Assembly (NCBI RefSeq): GCF_963506605.1 | Contig: NC_083288.1 | Location: 33,666,001 to 33,730,000, forward strand | Origin: Zootoca vivipara | Lineage: Eukaryota | Direction of reading: 5' to 3' | DNA length: 64,000 bases | Shown here: piece after piece, positions 48,701 to 64,000 of the stretch | Layout: every line of letters starts with the position of its first letter | How positions within the stretch are numbered: position 1 is the first letter of the stretch | Position numbers and translations under genes: made by a program | The notes under the pieces: generated by a model | The model's database searches: none | What the model saw: only the letters and a program-made list of their open reading frames with translations | Told to the model about the DNA's origin: nothing

Positions 48701-51169
48701 ACTGCATCATGCCTACATAAGACTGTTTTGGCTTCTGTGCTAGTCATGGTGAAATAAGCTTTATTCTCGTTGCAGCTAGAGTGAGAAATGGGTGTGGACT
48801 GGAGAGGAAAGACTAGCCTACATGGACTTCCTAGCCACTTACAGCTGCTACCAGGTGAGCTGTTAAAACACTTGGCTTGACTGCTCTCTGCCATGCTGTC
48901 CACTGACCTTCATCTGCTTCATCAGTTCAAACATCTGCTCCGGTGGGAGGCTGGCAACAGCCCTGCTGATGGACTCGGGAGCATCTTCAGGGTTCACAGG
49001 GTCTCCGTAGGGCGACTCAATGATGGGGGCCCCAGTGCCCAAGCCTAGCAGAGAAGATAGGGATAGAACCAGAGATCTTCATCTTGTCGTGCACACCTTG
49101 ACTGGTAGCACATGGCAGTTGCTGCCTTCCCCCCCCCACCTTCCACAAGCCCTTCAAACTCACTCTTCAGCTCCTCTTTGTTCTTCTCACTGGCTGCATT
49201 GTCCACACGCAGGGCTCTCCCACTGAACTCACGTCCATTCAGGTTCCGCATGGCACTGAGTGCGGTCTCCTGGTCTTGATATTCACAAAAGCCATAGCCT
49301 TTTGGTTTGCCCGTCTCTCGGTCATACACCAATCTAGCCAACAAGCACAGAAAACAAACTGTAATGGGCAGAAAGGCATGAGAGGGAGGGCAAAGGGTTT
49401 CATGAAAGCTGGGGGTCAGGGGCACAGCAGTTGGGCTAACTGGCTATATATTGTCCTATTATATAGGAAGCCACCTTAAACCAGGTTAAATTATTTGTCT
49501 ATTCAGTCCAGTATCATCTACTGGCAGCATCTCTCCAGGGTCTCAAGGAGACAAAAGCTTTTCCCTGCACATGATATCTCAAAGATAGGGAACCTGTGGC
49601 CCTCTGGATGATATTGGACGGCAACGTTCATCATCCCCGACCACTGGGATTGTGGCAAATGGGAGATTGAGTCCAATGATTTCTGGAGCACCAGATTCCT
49701 CATCACTGTGCTACCGGATCATTTTATTGGAGGACTGTAATATTTATATCCCACCTTTCTTTCAAGAAGTTCAAGTTGGTATACATAGCCATCCCCCCAT
49801 TTTATCTTCACAATAACTTTGTGAGGCAGGTTGGACTGAGAGGTGCAAGAGACTGAAGGTGGGATCGTCTGCATACAAAGTGCTTAATACTTCTCAGTTA
49901 AATTTCTCAGCCAAGATTCCCCACCACTGACTTAAGATCCTCTGGTATCTACCACCACCACCACCCCTACTACATCCTCATCCAGCTTTCTCAGCCCTTC
50001 AGGCTCAGCTTCCCTGATTCAGAAAATCCTAACAGGGATATGTCTCACCGGAAACTGACGACAGGCCCAACCTCTGAGAAAATGTCCTTTAACTGCTCTT
50101 CTGTGGCTTCATATGGGATGTTCCCCACTATTGGAGAGATGGGAGCAGATTGTGAGCACCAGCAACATTACTGAAATAAGCTGGACATCTTTTCAAACAT
50201 AGGTCAAGGCATACATCTTCCATCAGGAATTTGGAAATGGAAAATGGTTTTAGTGTTGGTTATTTGTTTCCCAGTCTCAATTACTGAAGGCACTGATTGA
50301 GCCGAGTTTTGAAGTATTTTATTTAGAACCAATCCTCCAGCAAAGAGTAAGAAACCCAAATTAGGCCCTGAGCACTAGATCACCCCATGTTACTGCCCAG
50401 CTTTTACAAAGTTTACTCTCAATATTAGGCAAGAAGCGTTAGAATATGTATGCATTTGAAGGCAATGACCTAGCAAGCAAACAGTAGGGCACCCCCGCCA
50501 CACACACACTTTACAATATTTACTACACACGTGGAGAACAGCATACGTGAGGGAATGATAACCAACAACAAAGAACTAAGCTTGTTAGTTCTATTGTTTC
50601 TTTCAATAGCAGCGTGCAAGGGAAACTTAAGAGAGTCTTTGGAAGCATCCATGGAAGAAAGATTGCACAGTACTGATCTCCCACTGCAATGCACAGCTGA
50701 AAGGGCAGGTTGGGTAGTCTTTTCAGGCAGCACAATCTTGGAAAAACTATGTGCTATGAGGCAAACACAGTTTCCCTTATAATGCCTAGGGATTTGTATT
50801 GGGAGCTACTGTCCAAAATGTTTGAAAGGCACCAGCTTTGACAAAGCTGAACTACAGTTGACAGATGGAGGAGAGGTTGGAGAGCCAGAGTTGCCACTGC
50901 TCTTCCCACCCCCAACTTCCTTCCTACACCTCCTAACCTTCCTTCCCCCTCCCTTACCCATCCTTCCCTCTCTTCCTCCCTCCACTTCTACCTTTCCTTT
51001 CCCTTCCCCTTTTCGCCTTCTCTCTCTCTCCCTCCCCATCCCTACTTTCCACCACCCTTCCCACAGTGGGGGTTGAGCGGCGTGCTCTTCCCGGGCCCGC
51101 TCCGCCCTCACCAAAAACGGAGCGCAAGGACCGGTCCACGGCGGGATCCCGCACGGAGAGCCCCGCCAT
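39972..51169 (-). CDS. CSTF2: Cleavage stimulation factor subunit 2 (CstF-64), 636 aa (656 aa with the beta exon)
   Basis: Coding exons 51112-51169, 50049-50127, 49164-49333, 48908-49044, 48315-48434, 48000-48197, 47383-47500, 45850-45894, 43223-43364, 42585-42754, 41762-42186, 40592-40717, 39972-40094 (1911 nt, open frame). N-terminus [25 protein letters not shown]; RNP1 KGYGFCEY; hinge; ME.RG repeats; C-terminal [33 protein letters not shown]. Confidence 0.97.
41855..42166 (-). repeat. CSTF2: Coding tandem repeat: 20 [11 protein letters not shown]-type units in CSTF2 exon 11
   Basis: 16 pentapeptides and 4 hexapeptides read directly from the ORF. Confidence 0.95.
43796..43855 (-). CDS. CSTF2: CSTF2 alternative 60-nt cassette exon (beta-CstF-64 exon 8.1 homologue)
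   Basis: AG|...|GT, frame-preserving. Encodes [20 protein letters not shown], against the recalled mammalian GTLQHSPVGPAGPASIERVQ. Confidence 0.85.
44335..45162. mobile_element. CpG-rich non-autonomous Tc1/mariner(pogo)-like element remnant with a long inverted repeat
   Basis: Right end ggcttattttgggggtatgtctta...ggaaaacacgg|TA; inverted arms at about 44590-44701 and 44753-44865; left TIR not found. Confidence 0.5.
45564..45739. other. Assembly gap (176 N) in CSTF2 intron 8
   Basis: Run of N. Confidence 1.
46044..46643 (+). mobile_element. Sauria SINE interrupted by a hAT MITE (46283-46533)
   Basis: The SINE halves rejoin across TSD ACCTGGAA; MITE TIRs CAGGGGTCCGCAAACT / AGTTTGCTGACCCCTG. 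Confidence 0.88.
47661..47797. mobile_element. 137-bp hAT MITE
   Basis: Same family as 31017; TSD CTCTATGA. Confidence 0.9.
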
Positions 51170-51770
51170 CTTCCTCCTCGCTAGCACCTCCCCCTTTGTT
51201 CCTGTGGGGTCCTTTTCTTTCCCCTCCGCCCAGCAACACAACCCACAAACGTTCGTTCCGCCTCTCAAGCAGCTTCAAGCCCAGCGCCTGACGTTGATGT
51301 TTTGATAAAACATCTCTTCTCTCTTCCCTCCCACACGCGCCCCGGCGCTTTGAAGTGGGCGGGGGGAGGGAGGCCGATGTCCCCAGCTGCTGTTTCTATC
51401 GCTGGAGGACGGGGGGAGGGAGAGGGAGAGGTGCGGTTTTTTTTTCTATTTCTACTTTGGGGAATAGCTTCTGAAATGTTTTGCCTTTGAGGCGCTCTCC
51501 TGAATGAGATAAAATGTAGGGTTATTAACGCCGCAGTCTGGACCGGGCAGCCTTTCATCGTGTGTGTGCAACATTAAATGAGGCTCGGGTGGTTTGCCCC
51601 CAACAAACATGGCGGCTTTAGGGCCTCGCTAAGGGGCGGTGGCCATAGCAACCAGACAACGAGTCCGAAAAGATGGAAGGGCTCCTGTCTCCTATTGCGA
51701 CTGCTCGAGAGTGTGCCGTGGGCGCGCAAAAGAGAGCGGTGCGCAGGCGTGGCTTGTGGCAGGGGAAAAT
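51060..51770. promoter_or_regulatory. CSTF2 CpG-island promoter
   Basis: CpG-dense region around exon 1; TGACG half-CRE at about 51289; YY1-like AACATGGCGGC at about 51606; RFX-like CCATAGCAAC at about 51643; GC boxes. Confidence 0.7.
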
Positions 51771-52185
51771 TTTGGGACCTTAAGGTCCACAAATAACAAT
51801 ATTTAGGAGATCCCGAGCCATAAGGTGGTTAGATTGGTCTCAACTAGGGCCAGGGCCTTCTCAGTGCTGGCCCTCACTTGGTGGAACGCTCTCTCACAGG
51901 AGACCAGGACCTGCGGGATTTGACATCTTTCCGCAGGGCCTGCAAGACGGAGCTGTTCTGCCTGGCCTTTGGGCTGGACTCAGTCTGACCCCTATGTTTT
52001 CCTCCCTTATGGTTTTGATTTGGGCTACTTAAAGATGAGGCTGCTTTTAAAATTTTAAAATTTGAACTGTATTTTAACCCGTATTTTAATTAATTGTTTT
52101 TCTTTCTTTTATGTCTTATTGTAATTTTACTGGTGTCAGCCACCCTGACCCCAGCTTTGACTGGGGAGGGCGGGGTATAAATAAA

Positions 52186-52235
<50 letters not shown>

Positions 52236-53288
52236 TAACAGAGGTTTTATCTGTCCCGCGTGGAAGTGGGACTCAAAACACACGAGTGAAATTCCTCTGC
52301 AGCTGCTACAGATGCAGGAGCCTTTTCATCACCGCGGGGTCGTCTGGGGCATGAAGGGAGCCCTACACCATCAGGAGCCACCAGGGCAAAGGGGCAGCCG
52401 CTGCCCTGCTTTAGAACCATAGAGTCTACCATAGTCGGAAGGGACCGCGAGAGTCATCTAGTCCAGCCCTCAGCAACAATGCAGGGGATCTTTTTGCTCA
52501 ACATGGGGCTCAAACCCATGACCCTGCGATTAAGAGTCTCATGCTATACTGACTGAGCTATGCCAGAAACCACACATTTCAAACCCTGATGGTTTTCCAT
52601 AAGGAGTCCTGGGGACTGTAGTTTGCTGAGGCTGCTGAAAACTGTGGCTCTGTGAAGGGAATACGGCAGCACACACACACACACACCCCCGGGGCTTGAT
52701 GTGTATTGGGTGCGTGATGTGGATCCACCCTCCCTTAACACTCAATCCAGGGCATTGGCTGTTGGCTTCCTTCTCCGTATTGGCAAGTACCAGAATGCGG
52801 ACAAAACCATATTTAGTTGGCTCTGCCTGTCTTTGGCTCCACCTGCTGCTGGGCTGTCTTCCACTCTAGCAGCCTCCATGGGAACCAAGGATGGAGGCAC
52901 CCAGGAGGAGCTCAGTAGGGCTGAGAAACCTTGAGTAGACTGTCCATATAAGAAGAAAGACAGAGAGAGTATTGGTATCTTCTCATTAGAGAGGCTCACT
53001 CTCCCTTTTTTTTCTTCACCTGGCTATGCTTCTAGCACAGTGTCTACTAGGAAATGCGCAGTCTGCTCCTCTGCATGTTTCCATAGAAATGTGCCCACTA
53101 AGACTTACTCCTGAGTCAAAAATACATAGGATCACAATTTCCTGTATTGAGGGGTTGGGTGAGTCCTTAATGCAAAGGTACGTTTTTGAACAGCTTGAGC
53201 TATTTAAGAAATAAATAAAAATGTAAAGGTATTATTCGTAAATGAGCATCAAGTGGGAATTTGAATCCTGATCTCCCAGGTCCTAATC

Positions 53289-53424
53289 CAGGCATCCCCA
53301 AACTTCGGCCCTCCAGATGTTTTGGGCTACAATTCCCATCTTCCCCGACCACTGGTCCTGTTAGCTAGGGATCATGGGAGTTGTAGGCCAAAACATCTGG
53401 AGGGCCGCAGTTTGGGGATGCCTG
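53289..53424. mobile_element. 136-bp hAT MITE
   Basis: Same family as 31017; TSD TCCTAATC. Confidence 0.9.
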
Positions 53425-54620
53425 TCCTAATCCAACGCACTAACCACTCCACACTAGTTCTCAAGACCAGGTTACCTGAAAATGGTCTTCTCCTGCATAT
53501 TCTTATCCTTTTACATGCTTGTGCCCTGTACATCATGACCAGTCAAATGTAGCTCTCTTGCACACACTCTCTCACACACAAAGCACAGAACATCTTCGAA
53601 CGTGACAGCAAATTCCTGCCATCAAGCACAAGCCTGTTCCAAACACACTTAAAATAAGAGTACAGTCTGAAAGATCAGTGGGTCATGGTGGCAGGGAGTG
53701 AACACGACCTTTGCCCCTCTCTCCAGTAAGGGAAAGCCTGTTCCTCTAGTTGCTTTTCTCTTTGGGGCAAATCCTAACTAAGGGGGAGAGGATTTGCAGG
53801 GTGGCTAGTGAGGTGATGAACAGGGAATAGTTCAAGACACCTTGGTCTCAGTACTTTTAATGGCACTCCAAACCAGCATTATCACTGCCTAGCACATCCA
53901 GGTCAGAAGGCAAAGATCTGCTGGCTTCAGGCCTTAAATGTTTCTCTTTCTTTCTTTCAACAGTTTTTAAAGGTTTATAGAGAAAATTACAAAACATACT
54001 ATCTTTTCCCTTTTTTAACCAAAACAAGTCTTTTAAATAGCTACAACAAAAACATAAGGGGGGGGAAATAGAGTAGGAAAAAGAAAGAAAGAATGAACAG
54101 TTCAGAAAAGAAGTTAAAAGCGAAAGATAGAAAAACATGATTCAGAAAATAAAGAACTTCCGATTCTTCATCTATCCGCTATATAAAAGCAATACTCACT
54201 TCGTCTAATCCAATATAACACCCCACAAAGCCACTTTCTATAAACAAAACTTATCTTAAACCTCTCTTTCCACTCTCTTCAGTACTGCAGCCTGCCTGCC
54301 TCAGGGCTCAGGATAGGGTTGTTGCAAAGTTAAAATGGTTAAACCCTAAATCTGTCCCCTGGGGTTACCTAATTGGAAAGAAGGTGGGACATAAATAATA
54401 ATGCAAGATTAGCTATTTTCTTCTTCACTCTCAGTTTGGAATTAATAAAGAGCATACACAATCATTTTATTTCACAAATCATTGATTTCTTTTTTTAAAG
54501 GTAAATTTCAAAACAAACACGCACAACCTATGTGGTCCTTGCTTGTGGTTACATGGTCTATGTTGTTTAATGCAGGCCCAAGCTCCAGGCATGGGATTGA
54601 TGAAGAGCACAGAGGGGTAC

Positions 54621-58150
<3,530 letters not shown>

Positions 58151-58902
58151 GTCAGATTCAAGATTTGTCGTCTGGCAATGCAGGAAAAGAGAGCATAGCA
58201 CCCGCTTTTATGTAGCTAGCTTGCTTCCTTTCTACGCCTGCTGTCAGCAGCCGCTGGTCAGTTTTATTTTTCTTCCCTGACTCACAGTTTCCTTTTCCCT
58301 TTCCCCCCTTATCTCTCAATCTCACTTCCTGAAATTGGTTTGGGCTCCTCCAGATGACCTCAAAATCCTCCTGACTTTTCTGGTGCAAAGCTTATGCAGA
58401 GGTTAGATTATAGTCTTCATTGAGCATTTGGTCTGATTTGTCTGCTGGGCGAGCATTTGTGCAGATTTGCTTGCGGGGTACTTATATACAAATGGCTGTT
58501 AATCATTTGTTCATCCCACTTTTCCAACTCCATTCTTTTTAAAATTGATTAGTTATGCAACAGAGTACTTTAATCCACTTTAATTGCCCGTGCTTAAGTT
58601 TCCCAGCCTGCACATGAATTCCTCCAGCGAAATGCTTGCATTCTAGAGTCACCTTTGATGACCCAGGAACGGGATTGGGTGTCTTCTATGCAGGTGCGGA
58701 TGGAGAGAGGGGTGTGTGAGGTTTTGGCTGAGTTTCCTCACATGCCTTGGTCTGGGGTTTTTACCGCCACCTTCAAGTGAAGTCCCTGTATGGCTTTTAA
58801 AACTTTGTGGGGATATCTGCACCCTAATTTCCACTCCACTTCCTTTACACACCTACATTGGGGCGGGGCGGGGGGCAGAAATTGCATTAGGATCTACTAG
58901 AG

Positions 58903-60423
58903 CAGGGGTGGCCAACTCCCAAGAGAGTGTGATCTACTTTCAGAATTAAAATCTGGTGGTGATCTACCCCCATTTTTTGGGGTTCAGCTCAAAGTTGAGC
59001 TTTTTTAGGGAGAAAGAAAGGGGGTGACCAGATTTAGTAACCTTTTGGGGGGGAGCACTGCCCAAATACTTTTCTTACGGGGGACAACAGAAACTTTTAG
59101 AGATTTATTGGGAGACTTGCATAAAAGAACTCACAAAACTCCCCCCCCCCACAGCTGGAAGCCAGCTAGGGGCCCCCATCCACCTCTCTCTCTACCTCTC
59201 TCTCCCCCACCCCCAGCTGGAAGCCAGCTAGGGGCCCCCATCCACCTCTCTCTCTACCTCTCTCCCCCACCCCCAGCTGGGAGCCAGCTAGGGGCCCCCA
59301 TCCACCTCTCTCTCTACCTCTCTCTCCCCCACCCCCAGCTGGGAGCCAGCTAGGGGCCCCCATCCACCTCTCTCTCTACCTCTCTCTCCCCCACCCCCAG
59401 CTGGGAGCCAGCTAGGGGCCCCCATCCACCTCTCTCTCTACCTCTCTCTCCCCCACCCCCAGCTGGAAGCCAGCTAGGGGCCCCCATCCACCTCTCTCTC
59501 TACCTCTCTCTCCCCCACCCCCAGCTGGGAGCCAGCTAGGGGCCCCCATCCACCTCTCTCTCTACCTCTCTCTCCCCCACCCCCAGCTGGGAGCCAGCTA
59601 GGGGCCCCCGTCCACCTCTCTCTCTACCTCTCTCTCCCCCACCCCCAGCTGGGAGCCAGCTAGGGGCCCCCGTCCACCTCTCTCTCTACCTCTCTCTCCC
59701 CCACCACCAGCTGGGAGCCAGCTAGGGGCCCCCGTCCACCTCTCTCTCTACCTCTCTCTCCCCCACCCCCAGCTGGAAGCCAGCTAGGGGCCCCCGTCCA
59801 CCTCTCTCTCTACCTCTCTCTCCCCCACCCCCAGCTGGGAGCCAGCTAGGGGCCCCCGTCCACCTCTCTCTCTACCTCTCTCTCCCCCACCCCCAGCTGG
59901 AAGCCAGCTAGGGGCCCCCATCCACCTCTCTCTCTACCTCTCTCTCCCCCACCCCCAGCTGGAAGCCAGCTAGGGGCCCCCATCCACCTCTCTCTCTACC
60001 TCTCTCTCCCCCACCCCCAGCTGGGAGCCAGCTAGGGGCCCCCATCCACCTCTCTCTCTACCTCTCTCTCCCCCACCCCCAGCTGGGAGCCAGCTAGGGG
60101 CCCCCGTCCACCTCTCTCTCTACCTCTCTCTCCCCCACCCCCAGCTGGGAGCCAGCTAGGGGCCCCCGTCCACCTCTCTCTCTACCTCTCTCTCCCCCAC
60201 CACCAGCTGGGAGCCAGCTAGGGGCCCCCGTCCACCTCTCTCTCTACCTCTCTCTCCCCCACCCCCAGCTGGAAGCCAGCTAGGGGCCCCCGTCCACCTC
60301 TCTCTCTACCTCTCTCTCCCCCACCCCCAGCTGGGAGCCAGCTAGGGGCACCCATCCACCTGTCTCGCTCTCTCTTTCTCCAACCCCCCCTCCCACCAAC
60401 CCCCAGCTGGGAGCCAGCTAGGA

Positions 60424-60463
<40 letters not shown>

Positions 60464-60958
60464 CTCCCAGTGGCTCAAAGAGACAGGGGGACAGGGGGGA
60501 AATCCCTCTATGAGTTGGGGCTCCTGCTTTCCTCCAGCTACTCACTCGGGCCCTGTTACGTCCTGAGGAAAGCGGAGCCATCCCACGCACGCACGCACGC
60601 ACGCAAACACACACACCGCTCCCTCTCTGCCGGCATGAGGGAGGAGCTGGGGAGCTCTAGGCAGGCAAGAGGGACGGGGAGCAATCCAGCCATTCTGTCT
60701 AATGCACTAAACACAGTCACACACATACTGGTAAACTCTGTATCGGAAAGAGGGAAGGAGCTCTCCCTGCAATTGCCCATTGTTATTGAGCTTTTTTGTG
60801 GGGGAGAGACAAGCGTTCTTGAGGGGTTTTTTAGGGGGAGAGCTCTTTCTTTTCTTTTAGGCTGCCAATCACTAAGGAACCCACAATCTACCCGGGATCT
60901 ACCAGAAACGTCCTGGGGATCTACCGGTAGATCGCGATCTACCTGTTGGCCATGCCTG
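58903..60958. mobile_element. 2.06-kb non-autonomous hAT element carrying a minisatellite
   Basis: TIRs CAGGGGTGGCCAAC / GTTGGCCATGCCTG; perfect TSD TACTAGAG; GATCTAC subterminal repeats. Confidence 0.88.
59140..60425. repeat. 62-bp minisatellite, about 20 copies
   Basis: Unit cagctgg(g/a)agccagctaggggccccc(a/g)tccacctctctctctacctctctctcccccacccc; starts at 59152, 59214, 59274, then every 62 bp to 60328. Confidence 0.97.
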
Positions 60959-61228
60959 TACTAGAGGATCTCTGTTTGATTCATAGTAGACGGTCACAGG
61001 TTTCTGGCTCCCAAATGGCCATCAAAATGACTTTTCTCACCCATATAAATTAGCCTGCAGAAATATGGAAGTTAACCAGAAATGGACTTTTGTGTGAAAG
61101 CTGGGGAATAGACAAAACAGACTTTCGAATTCTATCAGTTTCTCATTTCTGCAAGCTTACATTCAGTTCTCCACATTTCTGCAACAATTTGCAAATAAAT
61201 AAAAAAATCTCATGAAAAATCATCAGAA

Positions 61229-61480
61229 TTAGAATCATAGAATCATAGAGTTGGAAGAGACCACAAGGGCCATCCAGTCCAACCCCCTGCCAAGCAGGAA
61301 ACACCATCAAAGCATTCTTGTCATATGCCTGTCAAGCCTCTGCTTAAAGACGTCCAAAGAAGGAGACTCCACCACACTCCTTGGTAGCAAATTCCACTGC
61401 CAGGAAGTTCTTCCTAATGTTTAGGTGGAATCTTCTTTCTTGTAGTTTTAATCCATTGCTCCGTGTCCGCTTCTCTGGAA
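61229..61480 (-). mobile_element. CR1 LINE 3' fragment
   Basis: (ATAGAATC)n tail and gagttggaagagaccacaagggccatccagtccaaccccctgcc...ggagactccaccaca. Confidence 0.8.
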
Positions 61481-61843
61481 TTAAATATGAATTTCTCGTG
61501 ATATGCAGTTTTGACTAAAATACACATTTTTGGATGCATTTTCCCTTCACACAATACATTTTTGTATGCTCTTCTCACTAATATATGCATTTTGCAAATA
61601 CTTTATCCTAATGCAGGAGTTTCCAGTCCATGGCCTGTGAGCTTCATTCAGGTTGTCAGCCTGTAAAAACATAAATAAAAATCATACCACATCAAGCACA
61701 GCACAATTTCTTCAACAGGCAGAAAAATATGGTCTGGTAAGTGGTCTGTCAGGACCCTTGGCAATTTTCAAGTGGTCTGTGAGGGAAAAGTTTTCAGAAC
61801 TACTACCTTTGTATGTATATTTTTGGCTGGAGAACTACTACAC

Positions 61844-62219
61844 TGAAATATACTCGGAGTCGAGAGTGAATTTCATGCTCTTTATTCAGCTCATATTCAT
61901 CAAGGAGAAGAAGAGAAGACGAATCGCTCTTTTCCCAAAACCATCTGCTTATATACATTATTTACACAATGGGCCTTGCGTGATTGGCTACTTCAGGGCT
62001 ACACCTGTGGGCCAATTATATTGTGGATTGACTTCTGCCTGCAGCCTGATTGGCTGCTCCTACAGGCCAATCAGGTAGCAGATTCACTTCTGCCAGCCGC
62101 CTGATTGGCTGCTCCAGCAGGCCAATCAGGTTGCGGATTCACTTCCACCTGGAGTTGGATTGGGTAGCTCCCGCTGATTCTGAATCCTATTGTTCTAGGA
62201 TTCAGCTCAGTACATAACA
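61844..62219 (-). mobile_element. Gypsy 3' LTR (376 bp)
   Basis: TGTTATG...TTTCA on the minus strand, directly after the polypurine tract AGAGGGGAGGGG; multiple CCAAT boxes, TATATAA at about 61950, AATAAA at about 61882. Confidence 0.88.
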
Positions 62220-62229
62220 CCCCTCCCCT

Positions 62230-64000
62230 CTAAGTTCCAGTCCTGCCCGGGAAGTTGCATTCGTAGTCCCCAAGGTCTGCTGGCCGCCTCCGTGTGCGTT
62301 GTGGCCTGGGGTGTTCCTTGGTCAGGGGTTCTGGTTCTGGCTCGTGTTCCGAGGCTGCTGGCTGTGCCGGGGCTGTCTGGTCTGGCGCCACTGAACCACT
62401 AGGTTGTGACTCTGGTTCCGGTGTCCTTCCAGCCTCGGGGCGCCCCTCTGTGCCTACTGCTTCTGCTTCCCCTGCCCACCCCTCTCGCTCTACAGGCCTC
62501 ACTGCCCTGCTGTCCCCTTGGGGCCCCTCTGTCCCGCTCTCCTCCCGGGTTCCTCCTGGGAATCGTCGCCGTAGCTGGTCGCAGTGGCGGCGCCAACATT
62601 GCCCCCCTTCCGTTAGTACCTCGTACGACACGGGACCGGTCACCTTGGTGACTCTGGCGGGTACCCATGCTGGGCCTGCCCCAAAATTCTTTGCATACAC
62701 TGGGTCCTGGGCCACAAATGTCCGGGGGTTCCTGCCTTTCCCCACCACTACCTCATCCTGAGCTCTGTCGGGGTGAAGTCGGTCCAGTCTAGTTGCAAGG
62801 CGCCGGCCCATGAGTAGTTCAGCTGGGCTCCGGCCCGTCGTTGTGCTTGGGGTGCTGTGCTGTGCTAGAAGAAATGCGGCAAGGCGGTATTCCCAGTCCC
62901 CTTGTGTTATGCGGCGGAGGCTGTCCTTGGTGGTCCGCACCATGCGCTCCGCTTGGCCATTGGTGGCAGGGTGGAATGGTGCTGAGCGGATGTGGCGGAT
63001 GGCGTTCTGCGCTGTGAAGGTCTGGAACTCCTCTGACGTGAATGCGGTTCCATTGTCCGAGACGAGGGTGTCAGGGAGCCCGTGGGTTGCAAACAGCTTA
63101 CGTAGTACCCGGATGGCTGCCGCCGTAGAAGTGGACGGTACCAGTGCGACCTCCAGCCATTTGGTGTAGGAATCCACCACTATGAAGAATGTTTTTCCCT
63201 GGAAGGGGCCAGCGAAGTCCACGTGCAAGCGTGACCATGGATGTCGGGCGGACTCCCAGGGCTGGACTGGGGCCCTTGGGGGATCCGGGCGGGATTCTTG
63301 GCAGGTCTGGCAGTGTTGGACCCAGGCCTCTATCTCTCTGTCAATCCCCGGCCACCACACATAACTCCTGGCAAGGGCCTTCATCCTCACTACCCCTGGG
63401 TGTGTCTCGTGTAGGGCTGTGAGGACCCTTTTGCGGAGGGGCTGGGGAACAACAACCCTGCTTCCCCATAACAGGCACCCCTTGTGGGCCGACAGTTCAT
63501 GTTTGCGGTTTGTGTAGCCAGCGAATTCTGGCCCGGGGCTGCTGCTGGGCCATCCTCGCCACACCCAGTCCAGGACCCGGGAGATGACCCTATCTTTTGT
63601 GGAATGGTGCGCCACTTCTTGTGCCTGAATGGGTCGGTCGGGAAGCAGCTCCAGGGTCATAACCTCTTGTGCAGGCGCTGGGTCGGGGCCTGTTTCTGGT
63701 AGTGGTAGCCTGCTGAGTGCGTCTGCGTGGCCCATCGCCTTCCCAGGGCGGTGGATTAGTGCATACTGGTAGCCGGCAAGGAAAATTGACCACCTGAGGA
63801 CACGTGGAGACAACACTTGGGGGGTCTGCTTCTCGGGGGCAAACAGGCCAAGCAACGGCTTGTGGTCAGTCACTATGGTAAAGGGCCGCCCGTACAAGAA
63901 ATCATGGAATTTTTTTACGCCCTTCACTATTGCCAGACCCTCCTTGTCAATCTGTGAGTAGTTTCGTTCGGCTGCAGCAAGCGTCTGGGAGAAGTATGCC
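62230..64000 (-). mobile_element. Gypsy/Ty3 LTR retrotransposon pol (RNase H end and integrase); 5' part lies beyond the window
   Basis: Uninterrupted frame: ERNYSQIDKEGLA, TDHKPL, HADALSRLP; zinc finger HETH...CQTC; DDE residues in VDFAG, SDNG and AERMV. Confidence 0.95.

Noticed and set aside
40095-51111. Intronic snoRNA in CSTF2
   Set aside because: No convincing C/D or H/ACA structure recognised by eye; an Infernal scan would be needed.
59140-60425. CRISPR-like array or coding repeat
   Set aside because: No unique spacers, vertebrate context, and in-unit stop codons; it is a minisatellite.
62294-63793. Additional ORFs overlapping Gypsy pol
   Set aside because: Alternative-frame or antisense shadows of a GC-rich coding sequence.

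Overview
Vertebrate genomic DNA, almost certainly from a squamate and probably a lacertid lizard, judged from Sauria-type SINEs, a Bov-B fragment, and CR1, L2, L1 and hAT MITE relics. All genes are on the minus strand. The window holds five SULT1C-like cytosolic sulfotransferase paralogues: A is truncated by the left edge, and B, C, D and E are complete with 7 coding exons each. CSTF2 (CstF-64) sits inside the cluster between D and E, with 13 coding exons, the neural beta exon and a 3'-UTR intron. The right edge is the 3' half of a young Gypsy LTR retrotransposon. There are two assembly gaps (2418-2560 and 45564-45739). The most notable observations are: an inverted 7SK snRNA fragment fused to an L1 3' end inside one target-site duplication (TSD); expanded MEPRG and Gly-Pro repeats in CSTF2; complementary (UG)n/(CA)n tracts bracketing exon 5 of SULT C; a stop-loss in SULT C; substrate-loop divergence among the SULTs; and two cargo-carrying hAT elements. 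Exon calls were made by hand from GT/AG sites and frame continuity. Family assignments rest on recalled motifs, not database searches.
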